55,985 nt of DNA from Saprospiraceae bacterium. GTDB taxonomy: Bacteria > Bacteroidota > Bacteroidia > Chitinophagales > JAHQVX01. The stretch covers positions 1 to 55,985 of the forward strand of contig JAHQVX010000054.1 of assembly GCA_019634125.1 (NCBI GenBank), read 5' to 3'. This document shows, one piece after another, positions 16,973-26,675 of this stretch. Position 1 is the stretch's first letter, and each line of letters starts with the position of its first letter. Both the position numbers and the translations under genes were made by a program. The notes beneath the pieces were generated by a model. That model saw only the letters and a list, made by a program, of their open reading frames with translations, did not search any database and had not been told where the DNA came from.

Positions 16973-18663
16973 TGGCTTATATCTTTTATCAATACGCTCG
17001 ACAAGCAAGTTCTGAGTCCGAACAACAAAAGGTCATCCAAAAGTTGGATGAAGCGATTCATGCCGACACCTCCATTTATAGGTCGGACAATCACCAAATT
17101 TTATACTACTCCCAAGCGTCTGAGTTTATTGCTGATCACAATTTCTCCTTAGTTAGCGGAGCATTTACTGGAATTCGTGAGAATTGGCACAGTCCAGAAG
17201 CAGAGAAACCCGAGAATTTTACTTTCTTTTTAAGAAATACAGCCGACGAACTCACCGCAAACACCGACCTCTTAGCCTCACGAACCATTTGGTATTACAA
17301 AGACGAGGAGCAATTCATTATATCTTCTTCTCAACTTTTAATTATTCAAGCACTTGGCTCGTTTGAGTTAAACCCTCAAGCTGTCTCTTGGATGGTAGCC
17401 ACGGGCACTTCCGGACCGGATACGAGTTGGGACAAACGCATTCATGCTTTGGGCGCTAATGGCGAGATCACGTTAAATAAGAAAGACTGGAGCTTTTCCA
17501 AAACCAATAAAGAACTGGCTTTTTCGGGTGAAAAACAATCGGATGAAGCGCTTTCGAATTTGCTCACATCCCGTACTGAAGCCTTATTTCATAAGGCTTC
17601 TTTCTCCGATAAATCATTCATAACACTTTCTGGAGGTGTAGATAGCCGTGTTATTGCCTCTATGTGCAAATCCAACAATAAACGCATTGCCAATGAAGTG
17701 TACACCTGGGGAATCGAATCCAAAGCATCCGAAAAGAAAGGAGATATCTATGTCGCCAAACTAGTAGCCGAAAAACTTGGCTATAATCATGTATTCTTAG
17801 CCAATGACTCCAAGTATTGCAAGCTAGATTTCCCAGCATTTATCAGCAATTATGCACTCAGAAGCGAGGCACGAATTGATCATTTCATCGGCTATTTGGA
17901 TGGATTTAATATGTGGGAGGATTTTACGAAAAAGTACGATACCAACATCCGGGGAGATGAAGTTTTCGGGGGCCGACAACACATCTTTGATGAAACGCAC
18001 GTTCGCATCTTACAAAGCTTACACGATCTATCCATCTACGACAACATACCCAACCTAGACCAACTCGGCCTCGAAAACATCCAATTCAAGAAGCAACTAG
18101 AAAGAAGACATGGAGAAACATTAGAAGATTGGAGAGATAGGCTATTCAGCTACCAAAATATTACTACAGTCCAGGCCAGCTTGAATGGAATCAAGCAACA
18201 CTATGTGGAAGTGGTCAATCCGTTTTTAAATCAGGAAATTATCAAACTTACCCGAGCCTTCTCGGTAGACCAACGCTCCCAAAAAAGACTATTCTTTAAA
18301 GCCTTTTCTGATCATTTACTAGGAATACCTACTGCTCAATTAAGCGTGAACGGACGCAAAAAACGCGTATTAGAATTGGCGCATGCCCAAACCTTCATGT
18401 TGGATACATTGTCCAGCGAAAACACAAAAAACGTATTTGGCGACGCCCTTTGTATTCTATTGTCTGAAAAGACCAGCTTCGCTCAACCTTCAGAACAAGT
18501 CAGCCTAAAAAAACGATTAAGAAAACTTATCCCGAATAGTCTACTCAAAGTCTATAGGTCGGAAATTAAGAGCGAACGCATTGATTATTTTTCGCTTGTA
18601 TTTCGAATAAATATGGTCATGGTTTTCTTAGATAAAATTGAAGCCATGATTAATTCAAAGTAA
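16972..18663 (+). CDS. asparagine-synthetase-like adenylating amidoligase lacking the N-terminal Cys nucleophile
   Basis: PP-loop SGGVDSRV. ATG at 16972 makes a TAATG overlap with the decarboxylase stop. The N-terminus MAYIFYQ... has no MCG glutaminase start. Confidence 0.7.
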   Translation: MAYIFYQYARQASSESEQQKVIQKLDEAIHADTSIYRSDNHQILYYSQASEFIADHNFSLVSGAFTGIRENWHSPEAEKPENFTFFLRNTADELTANTDLLASRTIWYYKDEEQFIISSSQLLIIQALGSFELNPQAVSWMVATGTSGPDTSWDKRIHALGANGEITLNKKDWSFSKTNKELAFSGEKQSDEALSNLLTSRTEALFHKASFSDKSFITLSGGVDSRVIASMCKSNNKRIANEVYTWGIESKASEKKGDIYVAKLVAEKLGYNHVFLANDSKYCKLDFPAFISNYALRSEARIDHFIGYLDGFNMWEDFTKKYDTNIRGDEVFGGRQHIFDETHVRILQSLHDLSIYDNIPNLDQLGLENIQFKKQLERRHGETLEDWRDRLFSYQNITTVQASLNGIKQHYVEVVNPFLNQEIIKLTRAFSVDQRSQKRLFFKAFSDHLLGIPTAQLSVNGRKKRVLELAHAQTFMLDTLSSENTKNVFGDALCILLSEKTSFAQPSEQVSLKKRLRKLIPNSLLKVYRSEIKSERIDYFSLVFRINMVMVFLDKIEAMINSK

Positions 18664-18714
18664 AATGGTTGGCTTTTTTACATCCTACTTATATTCGCAG
18701 AACAAAACCTAATT

Positions 18715-19194
18715 ATGATATCCAGCAAAGCAACTATTGGAAGAAATGTAGAAATCGGGAACTATGTAGTGATCGAAGATGGTGTAGTCATTGGAGATGG
18801 CACTGTGATCAAAAACTTTGTTGAACTGCGTCAAAACACCATCGTTGGAGAGAATTGCTACATCGACTCCCGGGTGTCTACTTCCGGAAATTGTAAAATA
18901 GGAAATAATGTAACCCTGCGTTACGACACCATTATTGCTCGAGGCTGTGAAATCGGCGACAACACATATGTTTGTCCCCGAGTAATGACCAATAACTTAG
19001 ACACAGGCAAAGAACAGATTGGAGGCGCCAAAGTGGGTAAAAACTGCTTTATTGGTACCAATACCGTACTTCAACATGGAATTACCATTGGTGAGAACTC
19101 CGTTACTGGAAGTATGTCTTTTGTAACAAAAGATATCCCTGCCAACGAAATTTGGATTGGAACTCCAGCCAAGTTGTACAAAAAAATAGAGTAA
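18715..19194 (+). CDS. hexapeptide-repeat (LbH) acetyltransferase
   Basis: 159 aa, almost entirely hexapeptide repeats (IGRNVEIGNYVVIEDGVVIGDGTVI...). Confidence 0.8.
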   Translation: MISSKATIGRNVEIGNYVVIEDGVVIGDGTVIKNFVELRQNTIVGENCYIDSRVSTSGNCKIGNNVTLRYDTIIARGCEIGDNTYVCPRVMTNNLDTGKEQIGGAKVGKNCFIGTNTVLQHGITIGENSVTGSMSFVTKDIPANEIWIGTPAKLYKKIE

Positions 19195-20163
19195 TTACTC
19201 TGCGTCGTACTCGAACGCATTTAAGCACCAATATTCCGAATTAATCATTACTTCTTGATCAGAATTTGGAACTAGAATAGTGAAGGGTTTAGTCCCTTTC
19301 AAAGGCCCCTTATTGGTTTTATTAACTAAAAATCCATAACTCAACAGTGCTTGTGCATAGTACGAATCATCCTGTGCTTGAGAAACGATGCCCTTTAATT
19401 TTTCCGCCTTTACGATGCGTTTTAAATAAGCCAATAAGGTTTTACCTGCCTGTTTGGTATTAAAGTAAAAATCGAAGACTAGAATTTTATCCTTCTCGGA
19501 AAGGTAGGTAACAAATCCATGATACTGACCTGTTTCATCCTTGTAAGCGATGACTTTGTATGTTTTTTCTGGATTACTAATGCGCCATCTATAGATTTCT
19601 GCACTTTTCTTAGCATGAATCCGAGCAGAACCATTCGACTGTTGCAATAAGTCTTCAATGGGATTTAACTCCTCCATTTCAACCACTTGTTCAAGCCCTT
19701 TTTTACTCGGAGCAAACATGAGCTGTCGGGGGAAAAAGAAGTTTCGAAACTGCGCGGTTTTTTTCCATCCAAAAAAGAGCTTAGACTTTAACGTGATAGG
19801 CCCAGTATATGAAATACCAATCGTCTTGGCTTCATCTTGCAAAAAGCGGTCACCTACTACGTGAAGCTTCTTAAACAAGCCTTTCCTAGTATGGTTTGAA
19901 TGGGTCATGCCGTTACAGGCTTGGTAAAATACTTTCTCTTCGCCGTCAACTACAAAAATTTGTGGCATTAAGCCGTAAAACGCTGCGGGCTCATTCTGCT
20001 CCGAAAAAGCCATTAAGCCCACCACTTTTCCTGAAGGATTGCTAGAAAACTTCCATTTAAAATAGTCAAGGCTTACTGCTTTATTGAAAGCATCTTCGGT
20101 AAGCGGAATAAGTAAGTCTAATTCTTCCTCTGTGATTTTTCTTACGGTGTAGTTATCGGCCAT
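19195..20163 (-). CDS. GNAT-like acyltransferase (two-domain)
   Basis: 322 aa. Candidate acyl-CoA motif-A region THSNHTRKGLFKKL. It is the only minus-strand gene in this part of the locus. Weak assignment. Confidence 0.5.
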   Translation of the reverse strand: MADNYTVRKITEEELDLLIPLTEDAFNKAVSLDYFKWKFSSNPSGKVVGLMAFSEQNEPAAFYGLMPQIFVVDGEEKVFYQACNGMTHSNHTRKGLFKKLHVVGDRFLQDEAKTIGISYTGPITLKSKLFFGWKKTAQFRNFFFPRQLMFAPSKKGLEQVVEMEELNPIEDLLQQSNGSARIHAKKSAEIYRWRISNPEKTYKVIAYKDETGQYHGFVTYLSEKDKILVFDFYFNTKQAGKTLLAYLKRIVKAEKLKGIVSQAQDDSYYAQALLSYGFLVNKTNKGPLKGTKPFTILVPNSDQEVMINSEYWCLNAFEYDAE

Positions 20164-20237
20164 AAATTGAAATGAGCTGCTAAAATAGTATTCGAAACAT
20201 TTTTTTAGGGAGAGAATTGTTCATCTTTGCGGGAATA

Positions 20238-21143
20238 ATGATAAACTTTTTGTTTCATCGCGTCCACCCTGAGCGAGATCAACTTTGGGATCCGATGGAT
20301 GTACCACTTTTCGAAAAGGCCATCAAGTACATATCCAATAAATTTGATGTAGTTTGTTTTGAAGAAACAGATGTTAGCACTTTGGCTAAGCATCAGCGCG
20401 TAGCTACTGTAATGTTTGATGATGGTTACCTAGACAATTTGGAATATGCTGCTCCAATTTTGCAGAAATACAACATAAAAGCAAGCTTTTATGTTGCAAC
20501 CAACTGCATTAACCAAAACAAGCCAACCTGGACCTACGAATTAGACTACAAACTCCAACATGCTACTTGTGCTGCATTAGAACTGCCTTTCGAATATATC
20601 GCCGAACCCTTAAAATCCGTTCAACTTGCCGATATCGATACGGTAGCTAAGCTGAAGCCAGCATTGAAAAAGATGTCTTACGAATATCGGAGCAAAGTAC
20701 TAGACAGTATTCATGCGCAAACCGCCGATGTGGAACTACCGAAATTGATGATGAACTGGCAAGAAGTCCAACAATTAAAAAATGCAGGCCATTACATTGG
20801 TTCACATTCTGTGAACCACTACATGCTAGGAACCACAGATAATCAAGAACTTGTAGCCTATGAACTTCAAGCATCTGCCAAAACCATTCAAGAAGAATTA
20901 GGTCATTTCCCTACAACTATTTCCTACCCTATTGGCAGTTATAATCACACAACTATTGAGCTGTCTAAAGAAGCGGGATATACAAGAGGTCTAGCTACTA
21001 AACAAAAACGATATCACCCAGATAAAGACCCCATCTTTGAAGTGCCACGTGTAGAATTGTACAATGAGTCTTGGCCAAAAACAAAAATGAGAATCCATGG
21101 TGTTGTGGAACAAATTAAACGCATTTTAAAGCCGGGTAGCTAA
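20238..21143 (+). CDS. NodB-type polysaccharide deacetylase (CE4)
   Basis: VMFDDGYLDN (TFDDG-type motif) and IGSHSVNHYML (His-His metal motif). Start moved to MINFLFHRVHP. Confidence 0.85.
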   Translation: MINFLFHRVHPERDQLWDPMDVPLFEKAIKYISNKFDVVCFEETDVSTLAKHQRVATVMFDDGYLDNLEYAAPILQKYNIKASFYVATNCINQNKPTWTYELDYKLQHATCAALELPFEYIAEPLKSVQLADIDTVAKLKPALKKMSYEYRSKVLDSIHAQTADVELPKLMMNWQEVQQLKNAGHYIGSHSVNHYMLGTTDNQELVAYELQASAKTIQEELGHFPTTISYPIGSYNHTTIELSKEAGYTRGLATKQKRYHPDKDPIFEVPRVELYNESWPKTKMRIHGVVEQIKRILKPGS

Positions 21144-22300
21144 TGTCGAAGCAACGTTTACTTTATATCATTCCAACGTTTGGGAAAGGCGGTGCCGAAC
21201 ACCAAACACTGAATCAAGTCAACTATTTACATCAACACGGACACGATGTTTCTCTAATTATCCTTTCCAACCGAACAGGACTAAAAGAAAAGCTGCAAAT
21301 CCCTGCTGAAAAGGTATTTTTCTTTAATAATGAACGACTCCGAAAATTTGGAGCGAACACCTTTAAAGAACTTTCTAATGCCACTTCGAAACTCAAGAAA
21401 TGCTTTCAATCCATTCAGCCTGATGTCATAATTTCCGTGCTTCCGGTAGCTCATTTTCTCACCCGCTATACTTTTTTGAGGCAAGGCAAATCATCCAAGC
21501 ATTTCGCCTGGCATAGGTCCATGCAATACAAGGCTGCGCCTAACAATACACTATTTAGGAAGGTCATTCACCAGTTTAACAAATGGCTTTCAAAGAAGTA
21601 CGACGATGGGCATTTTTTTATTTCGGAAGCCGTGAAGGCAGATATATCTAAACATCTACCGATAAGGAACGGACATGTTATTCATAATGCCCTTCCAACC
21701 ACACCACTTCTCCCGGATTTAGGCAAAGCCTATCTCGCCGAACATAAAATAGATGTCGATTATTTGATTACCATTCCTGGTCGCTTACATCCGGTGAAAG
21801 GGCATGAGTTTTTTATTGAATCCACGGCTGAATTCATCAAAAAAATCGGTACGAAAAAGCGCATAAAAGTGCTTATTCTTGGTGGAGGGCCAGAATATGA
21901 AAAGCTGACTACACTCGTCGAAAACACCAATTTAAGCGCTTATTATCATTTCAGTCAAGAAATTGACAATGCACTCTTACTTTCTTTAGTTTTTCAGTCG
22001 AATTTGGTGGTTATTCCATCGTTCTTAGAAGGCTTTGGAAATGTCGTGATTGAGGGATTAATGCTCTGGAAAAACATCCTAGCTTCAAAAGCAGGTGGTA
22101 TTCCTGAAATTCTTTCAAAACCAGACATTGGCTTTCTTTTTGATGTAGGTGATAGTGGGGGGCTGAATCAACAGTTAAAACGCCTTGTTGTAGAAGGTAT
22201 AGCATTAGATCCAGTCCAACTGAAAAAACATTTTAAGGATAATTTTACGTTGGAAGCTCAAATTGAGCAGCTGCTTCATATTATAAAGGCTTCCAACTAA
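21143..22300 (+). CDS. GT4-family (GT-B) glycosyltransferase
   Basis: N-terminal IIPTFGKGGAEH and a C-terminal EGFGNVVIEGL E-x7-E-type motif. Confidence 0.85.
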   Translation: MSKQRLLYIIPTFGKGGAEHQTLNQVNYLHQHGHDVSLIILSNRTGLKEKLQIPAEKVFFFNNERLRKFGANTFKELSNATSKLKKCFQSIQPDVIISVLPVAHFLTRYTFLRQGKSSKHFAWHRSMQYKAAPNNTLFRKVIHQFNKWLSKKYDDGHFFISEAVKADISKHLPIRNGHVIHNALPTTPLLPDLGKAYLAEHKIDVDYLITIPGRLHPVKGHEFFIESTAEFIKKIGTKKRIKVLILGGGPEYEKLTTLVENTNLSAYYHFSQEIDNALLLSLVFQSNLVVIPSFLEGFGNVVIEGLMLWKNILASKAGGIPEILSKPDIGFLFDVGDSGGLNQQLKRLVVEGIALDPVQLKKHFKDNFTLEAQIEQLLHIIKASN

Positions 22301-22322
22301 CGTTAATAGACTAAAGCGTAAA

Positions 22323-24794
22323 ATGAGACGGATGAGTTGGATATATAGTGTGATAATGGTGTTGGCATTGAGTCCAGCACAGCAAAGCTGTGCTGCTAAA
22401 AAAAACCTGACCAACAATGAACAGGTGGTAGTATCTTCAATCACCCAAGAACAAAATTTGAAAAACCCTCCCGCTTACAACGACTTTGTTCAACTTACCT
22501 CAAGGTATTCGAATGCACCAAGCCTCGAACTGGTTGCAATCAACAAAGCAAATTTACCCTCAGCTATTCGCCAAGAAATTAAAGCAGATCGTTTTTATAT
22601 CGATGCCAATCATCAGAGTATCAAAATCATAGCGGCCTCTTCCAAAGACTTTACCAACGGAATTTATTATGCCTTAGACCGGTTGGGCATTCAATTCCTT
22701 GGCCTATCTGATAACTTCATTGAATTCCCTGAAGAACTGAATGTTTTCGAGCAAAAACAGTTAATTCATCAAAATTTTAAAGTCCGTTATTTCGGCACAG
22801 GAGGAAATGGTCGATACAAAGTCCAAAAAACCCTACACCAACAGTTTAAAGCCCGAAATCAGTTAGATGATTATGACGTAGTCGGACACACGTTTTCCAA
22901 TCTCTATAAAGAAAACAAAGCGACCATCGATGCGCTTCACAAAAAAGGGAAAATCATTTTTCATGACTACCCCAAAAAGACCAAGAACCCCAACTTCGAT
23001 GAACCAGCTACCGTAGAACTCATCAAAAAATGGATCGAGAAAAAATACCTGGAAAAGCCAGATCAAAAAATCATAGGATTGGCAGCAGCTGATGGAATTG
23101 GGAACGATCAAGGCACCAATTCTTCGAATCCACTTATAGTTAATACCATGTCAAAATACCTGTGGATTGGTAATGAAGTGGCCAAGTATTTAAACAATAA
23201 ATACCCCGAATTTGAAGCCAATAATTTCATTGGAGTCAATGCATATGGGGCAGGAACTGGAGTCGCTAAAGCTCCGGATTGGCCATCTAGCTATAAAACA
23301 GCATCCAACGTATGGGTTCAACTGGCACCCTATGCTTTTCAAAAAGACTATGAAGGCGATCTAAAACAGTCGGCCGATGAAAAAATGATTGCTGACTGGA
23401 CAACTAAGTTCCCCCAGTTCAGCTATTCAATGAGAGACTACTGGAACATTACCCAGTGGACCAACGGAATACCACGAACGAACTTTTTTGAAGTCACGGA
23501 TCGAGTAGAATTATGGAGGTCTACTGGCATGAAATCAGCCAACATAGAATCTACAAATTTCTCTGCGCTGACCAATCCACATTTTTGGGTGGCTGGCAAA
23601 TTAGCCACCAACACCTCACTGAATAAAGAAGTGTTATACAAGAATTACTTCGATACCACTTTCAAAGCATCGGCCGATGACATGGAAGCATATTACCAAC
23701 TACTCTCCAACTGGAAAGGACCTATCTCACTTTGTGAAGCAGAAGAATTATTAGAGTCAGCCTATGAAAACGCTCAGCATCCAATAGTCGAAAATCGAAT
23801 TATCGAGATCATGGGCTACATGCATTATGTACGACAGTTTTATGCGCTCACCGCTGCAAAAACTACTGACAAAGCAGGAAGTCCAGCTTACAAAAAATGG
23901 GAAAACGAAGCCTTAAAACACGAACGATGGGCGAAAAAACTCAATGAGCTGGGCGTTATCCAAACCTGGGCAGTGTACAATTATAACTATGGAAAACACA
24001 AGCCTTGGGGCCTAAAGAAATCGCCAGAAACGTTTGACGCCCACTTGTCTACCAGTGATTTTCAAAGCTTAAAATCTACTATACTAACTCGATTTAAAAC
24101 TGGAAAAAAAGCTTGTGGTAACCAAGAGTTGAAATTCGTGAAACAGGCTTACACCAATCAACGTTTTTCGGTCAAAAATCCACAACCATTTTGCATTAGC
24201 CCATTCCGCCAGAATGAATTGATCACCTTCACCCCACTGCAAACGACACAACTAAACATTACTATTGAAAGTCCGAAACCTGATGCGGTTTTCGAATTGA
24301 AAGGTTCTGATGGCACCTATGTGGACTACAGTGACAAAAGCAATGATTTTGTTATTTCTGACATTGTTCGCCCAGGCGTGGATTATACATTACGATTAGG
24401 AAGTCGAAAAAACGCGAGTAAATTCTGTTTTAACAACACCGACATCTTATTTACGTACAAGGAATTCGCACACACCTCACAAGCCAGCGGCTACAAAAGA
24501 AATATTCTATATTTCTATGTGCCCGAACATGTAGATGAAATCGTTTTCAGTGGTTTGGAACAAGCCGAAAAAAACTATTTCACCGATGTATTTACACCTG
24601 ACGGGACCTTACTCAGTGCACCACTAAAAAAACTCGCCTTTAAAGAAGGCAACACACCCGTGTACTCTGTTCCAACCCATACGAAAGACTTTGATGGAAG
24701 GGGAAAAGTATGGAAAATTAGAAGTTGGACGTGGAAAATGAAAGTGCATAATTTTAACCCTATTATTAGTCGACAAGAATTTGAAGCCAATTAA
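22323..24794 (+). CDS. large exported protein/lipoprotein of unknown function (possibly glycoside-hydrolase-like)
   Basis: 823 aa. Signal sequence ...VLALSPAQQSC with a candidate lipidation Cys. N-terminal SIKIIAASSKDFTNGIYYALDRLGIQFLG resembles the N-domains of GH20/DUF4838-type proteins. No firm catalytic motif recognised. Confidence 0.35.
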   Translation: MRRMSWIYSVIMVLALSPAQQSCAAKKNLTNNEQVVVSSITQEQNLKNPPAYNDFVQLTSRYSNAPSLELVAINKANLPSAIRQEIKADRFYIDANHQSIKIIAASSKDFTNGIYYALDRLGIQFLGLSDNFIEFPEELNVFEQKQLIHQNFKVRYFGTGGNGRYKVQKTLHQQFKARNQLDDYDVVGHTFSNLYKENKATIDALHKKGKIIFHDYPKKTKNPNFDEPATVELIKKWIEKKYLEKPDQKIIGLAAADGIGNDQGTNSSNPLIVNTMSKYLWIGNEVAKYLNNKYPEFEANNFIGVNAYGAGTGVAKAPDWPSSYKTASNVWVQLAPYAFQKDYEGDLKQSADEKMIADWTTKFPQFSYSMRDYWNITQWTNGIPRTNFFEVTDRVELWRSTGMKSANIESTNFSALTNPHFWVAGKLATNTSLNKEVLYKNYFDTTFKASADDMEAYYQLLSNWKGPISLCEAEELLESAYENAQHPIVENRIIEIMGYMHYVRQFYALTAAKTTDKAGSPAYKKWENEALKHERWAKKLNELGVIQTWAVYNYNYGKHKPWGLKKSPETFDAHLSTSDFQSLKSTILTRFKTGKKACGNQELKFVKQAYTNQRFSVKNPQPFCISPFRQNELITFTPLQTTQLNITIESPKPDAVFELKGSDGTYVDYSDKSNDFVISDIVRPGVDYTLRLGSRKNASKFCFNNTDILFTYKEFAHTSQASGYKRNILYFYVPEHVDEIVFSGLEQAEKNYFTDVFTPDGTLLSAPLKKLAFKEGNTPVYSVPTHTKDFDGRGKVWKIRSWTWKMKVHNFNPIISRQEFEAN

Positions 24795-25324
24795 TGAATA
24801 CCATTCCTACTAAAATTGAAGGGCTCTTTATCATCGAGCCAAGAATTTTCGAAGATGAAAGAGGCTATTTTTTTGAAAGCTTTAACCAACAAAAGTTTGA
24901 AGCAGCCATAGGCCATTCCATTCATTTTGTTCAAGACAATGAATCGAAATCCACCAAAGGTGTTCTGAGAGGCTTACACTTTCAAAAAGGAGAACACGCT
25001 CAAGCTAAGTTAGTTCGTGTTACTGAAGGTGAAGTGTATGATGTAGCAGTAGATTTAAGACCGAACTCCCCGACCTATGGACAATGGGAAGGTGTATTAT
25101 TAACTGCCGAAAACAAACGCCAATTTTTTGTGCCTAGAGGCTTTGCACATGGCTTCGTTGTGCTGTCTGAAACTGCAGTATTCAATTATAAATGTGATAA
25201 TTTCTATCACAAAGAGGCTGAAAGCGGTATCAAATACGACGATCCTACACTGAATATCGACTGGAAATTACCAAAAGAAGCACTTATTCTATCCCAGAAG
25301 GATTTGGAGCACGGTTACTTATAA
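24794..25324 (+). CDS. rfbC: dTDP-4-dehydrorhamnose 3,5-epimerase
   Basis: 176 aa with a canonical RmlC sequence (DERGYFFESF...RGLHFQ...QAKLVRV..GEVYDVAVDLR...FVPRGFAHGF). Confidence 0.95.
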   Translation: MNTIPTKIEGLFIIEPRIFEDERGYFFESFNQQKFEAAIGHSIHFVQDNESKSTKGVLRGLHFQKGEHAQAKLVRVTEGEVYDVAVDLRPNSPTYGQWEGVLLTAENKRQFFVPRGFAHGFVVLSETAVFNYKCDNFYHKEAESGIKYDDPTLNIDWKLPKEALILSQKDLEHGYL

Positions 25325-26663
25325 AAAAGCCTTTGGTAGTGAACAACCAAATGATTAGGCAATAAAAGAAAGGCAGCAATGGTGTCTTGTACCGAACCAA
25401 GGCACCAAAATTTAGTGAGAATCCAGTCATAGCTGCAAACAACAAAACAAAGACTAGGCTAAACAGTAGAATAGGTTCTGCCAAAATCGCTCGAATAATT
25501 CGAACAATGCCTACTTTAAAAATTAGGAAACCTACCAGTATTAAGTTAAGAAACGACTCGAATGCAGTGATCAGAACAAATGCTTCGCGTGCTTCCCAAA
25601 TGTAAGGTCTAAAGAAAGTAGTAAATATGGAATAAGGCATTAATCGGACTGCACTTAACGGATTCATCAAGTCTAAAGTACCAAGACTATAAGAAGAACC
25701 ACCTGCCCCTGTTGTACTTTCGATATAGAGACCTGTTGTAATGATCTTTGCCAAAAGGATCTCGGGGGTGAACTTAGGTAAATATCGAGCAATCAAGAAG
25801 TAGGCAATTCCCGCAAAGGCAAGAAATGCTAAGTAAATTGTTGGTTTCAGGAAATATTTTCCCATCCCATACTTCAACTTGTAAGTCATTTTACCTAAGA
25901 TGAATATAGGAACCGAAGCATAAAACAGTATTACAGCATATTCCTTCACGCTAAAGGCGTAAAAAGAGAATACAATTAAGACGACGAACCAAACGAAGTT
26001 CTTAGTTCCGAAGTGAAATAGTTTCATAAAAGCATAAAACATAAAGCCCAGGGCACCGAGCAGGATCGTGTCTTTCATCACGCCAGACGTCCAGAATACC
26101 AGCGTTGGAAAAAAGGCACAGAACACATAAAATAAATCTGTATTTGGTCGGGCCTTTGTAAAGGCTTTGGCGATCATCCAAGTTCCTTGAAATGCAAATG
26201 CACCAAAACAAAAAGACATGGCTAAATACGACTTAGCGAAGATGGCTCCGAATAAAGCTGCTGTCTTAATCACGATAACTGAATTCGGCGAACCAAAGAA
26301 GCCATGCAAATCAGTCACGCGTTCAGTACTAGCACTGTGATTTACATACTTTGTAGTGAAAATTTCTATGACTTCATTGGGATGTTGCCAGAAATGATCA
26401 ATGAGTATTCTTGCCCCAGCATAATAATTATACGTATCGCCGTGCCCGTAGTAGTACTGATATACTAGGGCAAATAAGAAGGACATAGCTAATTTAAAGG
26501 ACAACCCAGCCAAGTATATCTTACTATGATGCTTATCTTTGATCGAAAATTTACAATACAAATATCCAATCGTTAGGATGACAGCAAGGGCAACTGGCCC
26601 CATGACCAAATCGATTGGGTATAGTATTTTTTCGTCATTATAGAGATAATATATAGGATCCAT
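25284..26663 (-). CDS. multi-pass membrane protein, putative Wzy/EpsG-like polysaccharide polymerase
   Basis: 459 aa with more than 10 hydrophobic helices and no soluble domain. The locus has a Wzx but no other polymerase candidate. Function is inferred from context. Confidence 0.4.
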   Translation of the reverse strand: MDPIYYLYNDEKILYPIDLVMGPVALAVILTIGYLYCKFSIKDKHHSKIYLAGLSFKLAMSFLFALVYQYYYGHGDTYNYYAGARILIDHFWQHPNEVIEIFTTKYVNHSASTERVTDLHGFFGSPNSVIVIKTAALFGAIFAKSYLAMSFCFGAFAFQGTWMIAKAFTKARPNTDLFYVFCAFFPTLVFWTSGVMKDTILLGALGFMFYAFMKLFHFGTKNFVWFVVLIVFSFYAFSVKEYAVILFYASVPIFILGKMTYKLKYGMGKYFLKPTIYLAFLAFAGIAYFLIARYLPKFTPEILLAKIITTGLYIESTTGAGGSSYSLGTLDLMNPLSAVRLMPYSIFTTFFRPYIWEAREAFVLITAFESFLNLILVGFLIFKVGIVRIIRAILAEPILLFSLVFVLLFAAMTGFSLNFGALVRYKTPLLPFFYCLIIWLFTTKGFFISNRAPNPSGIE

Positions 26664-26675
26664 AATACTTAGAGG

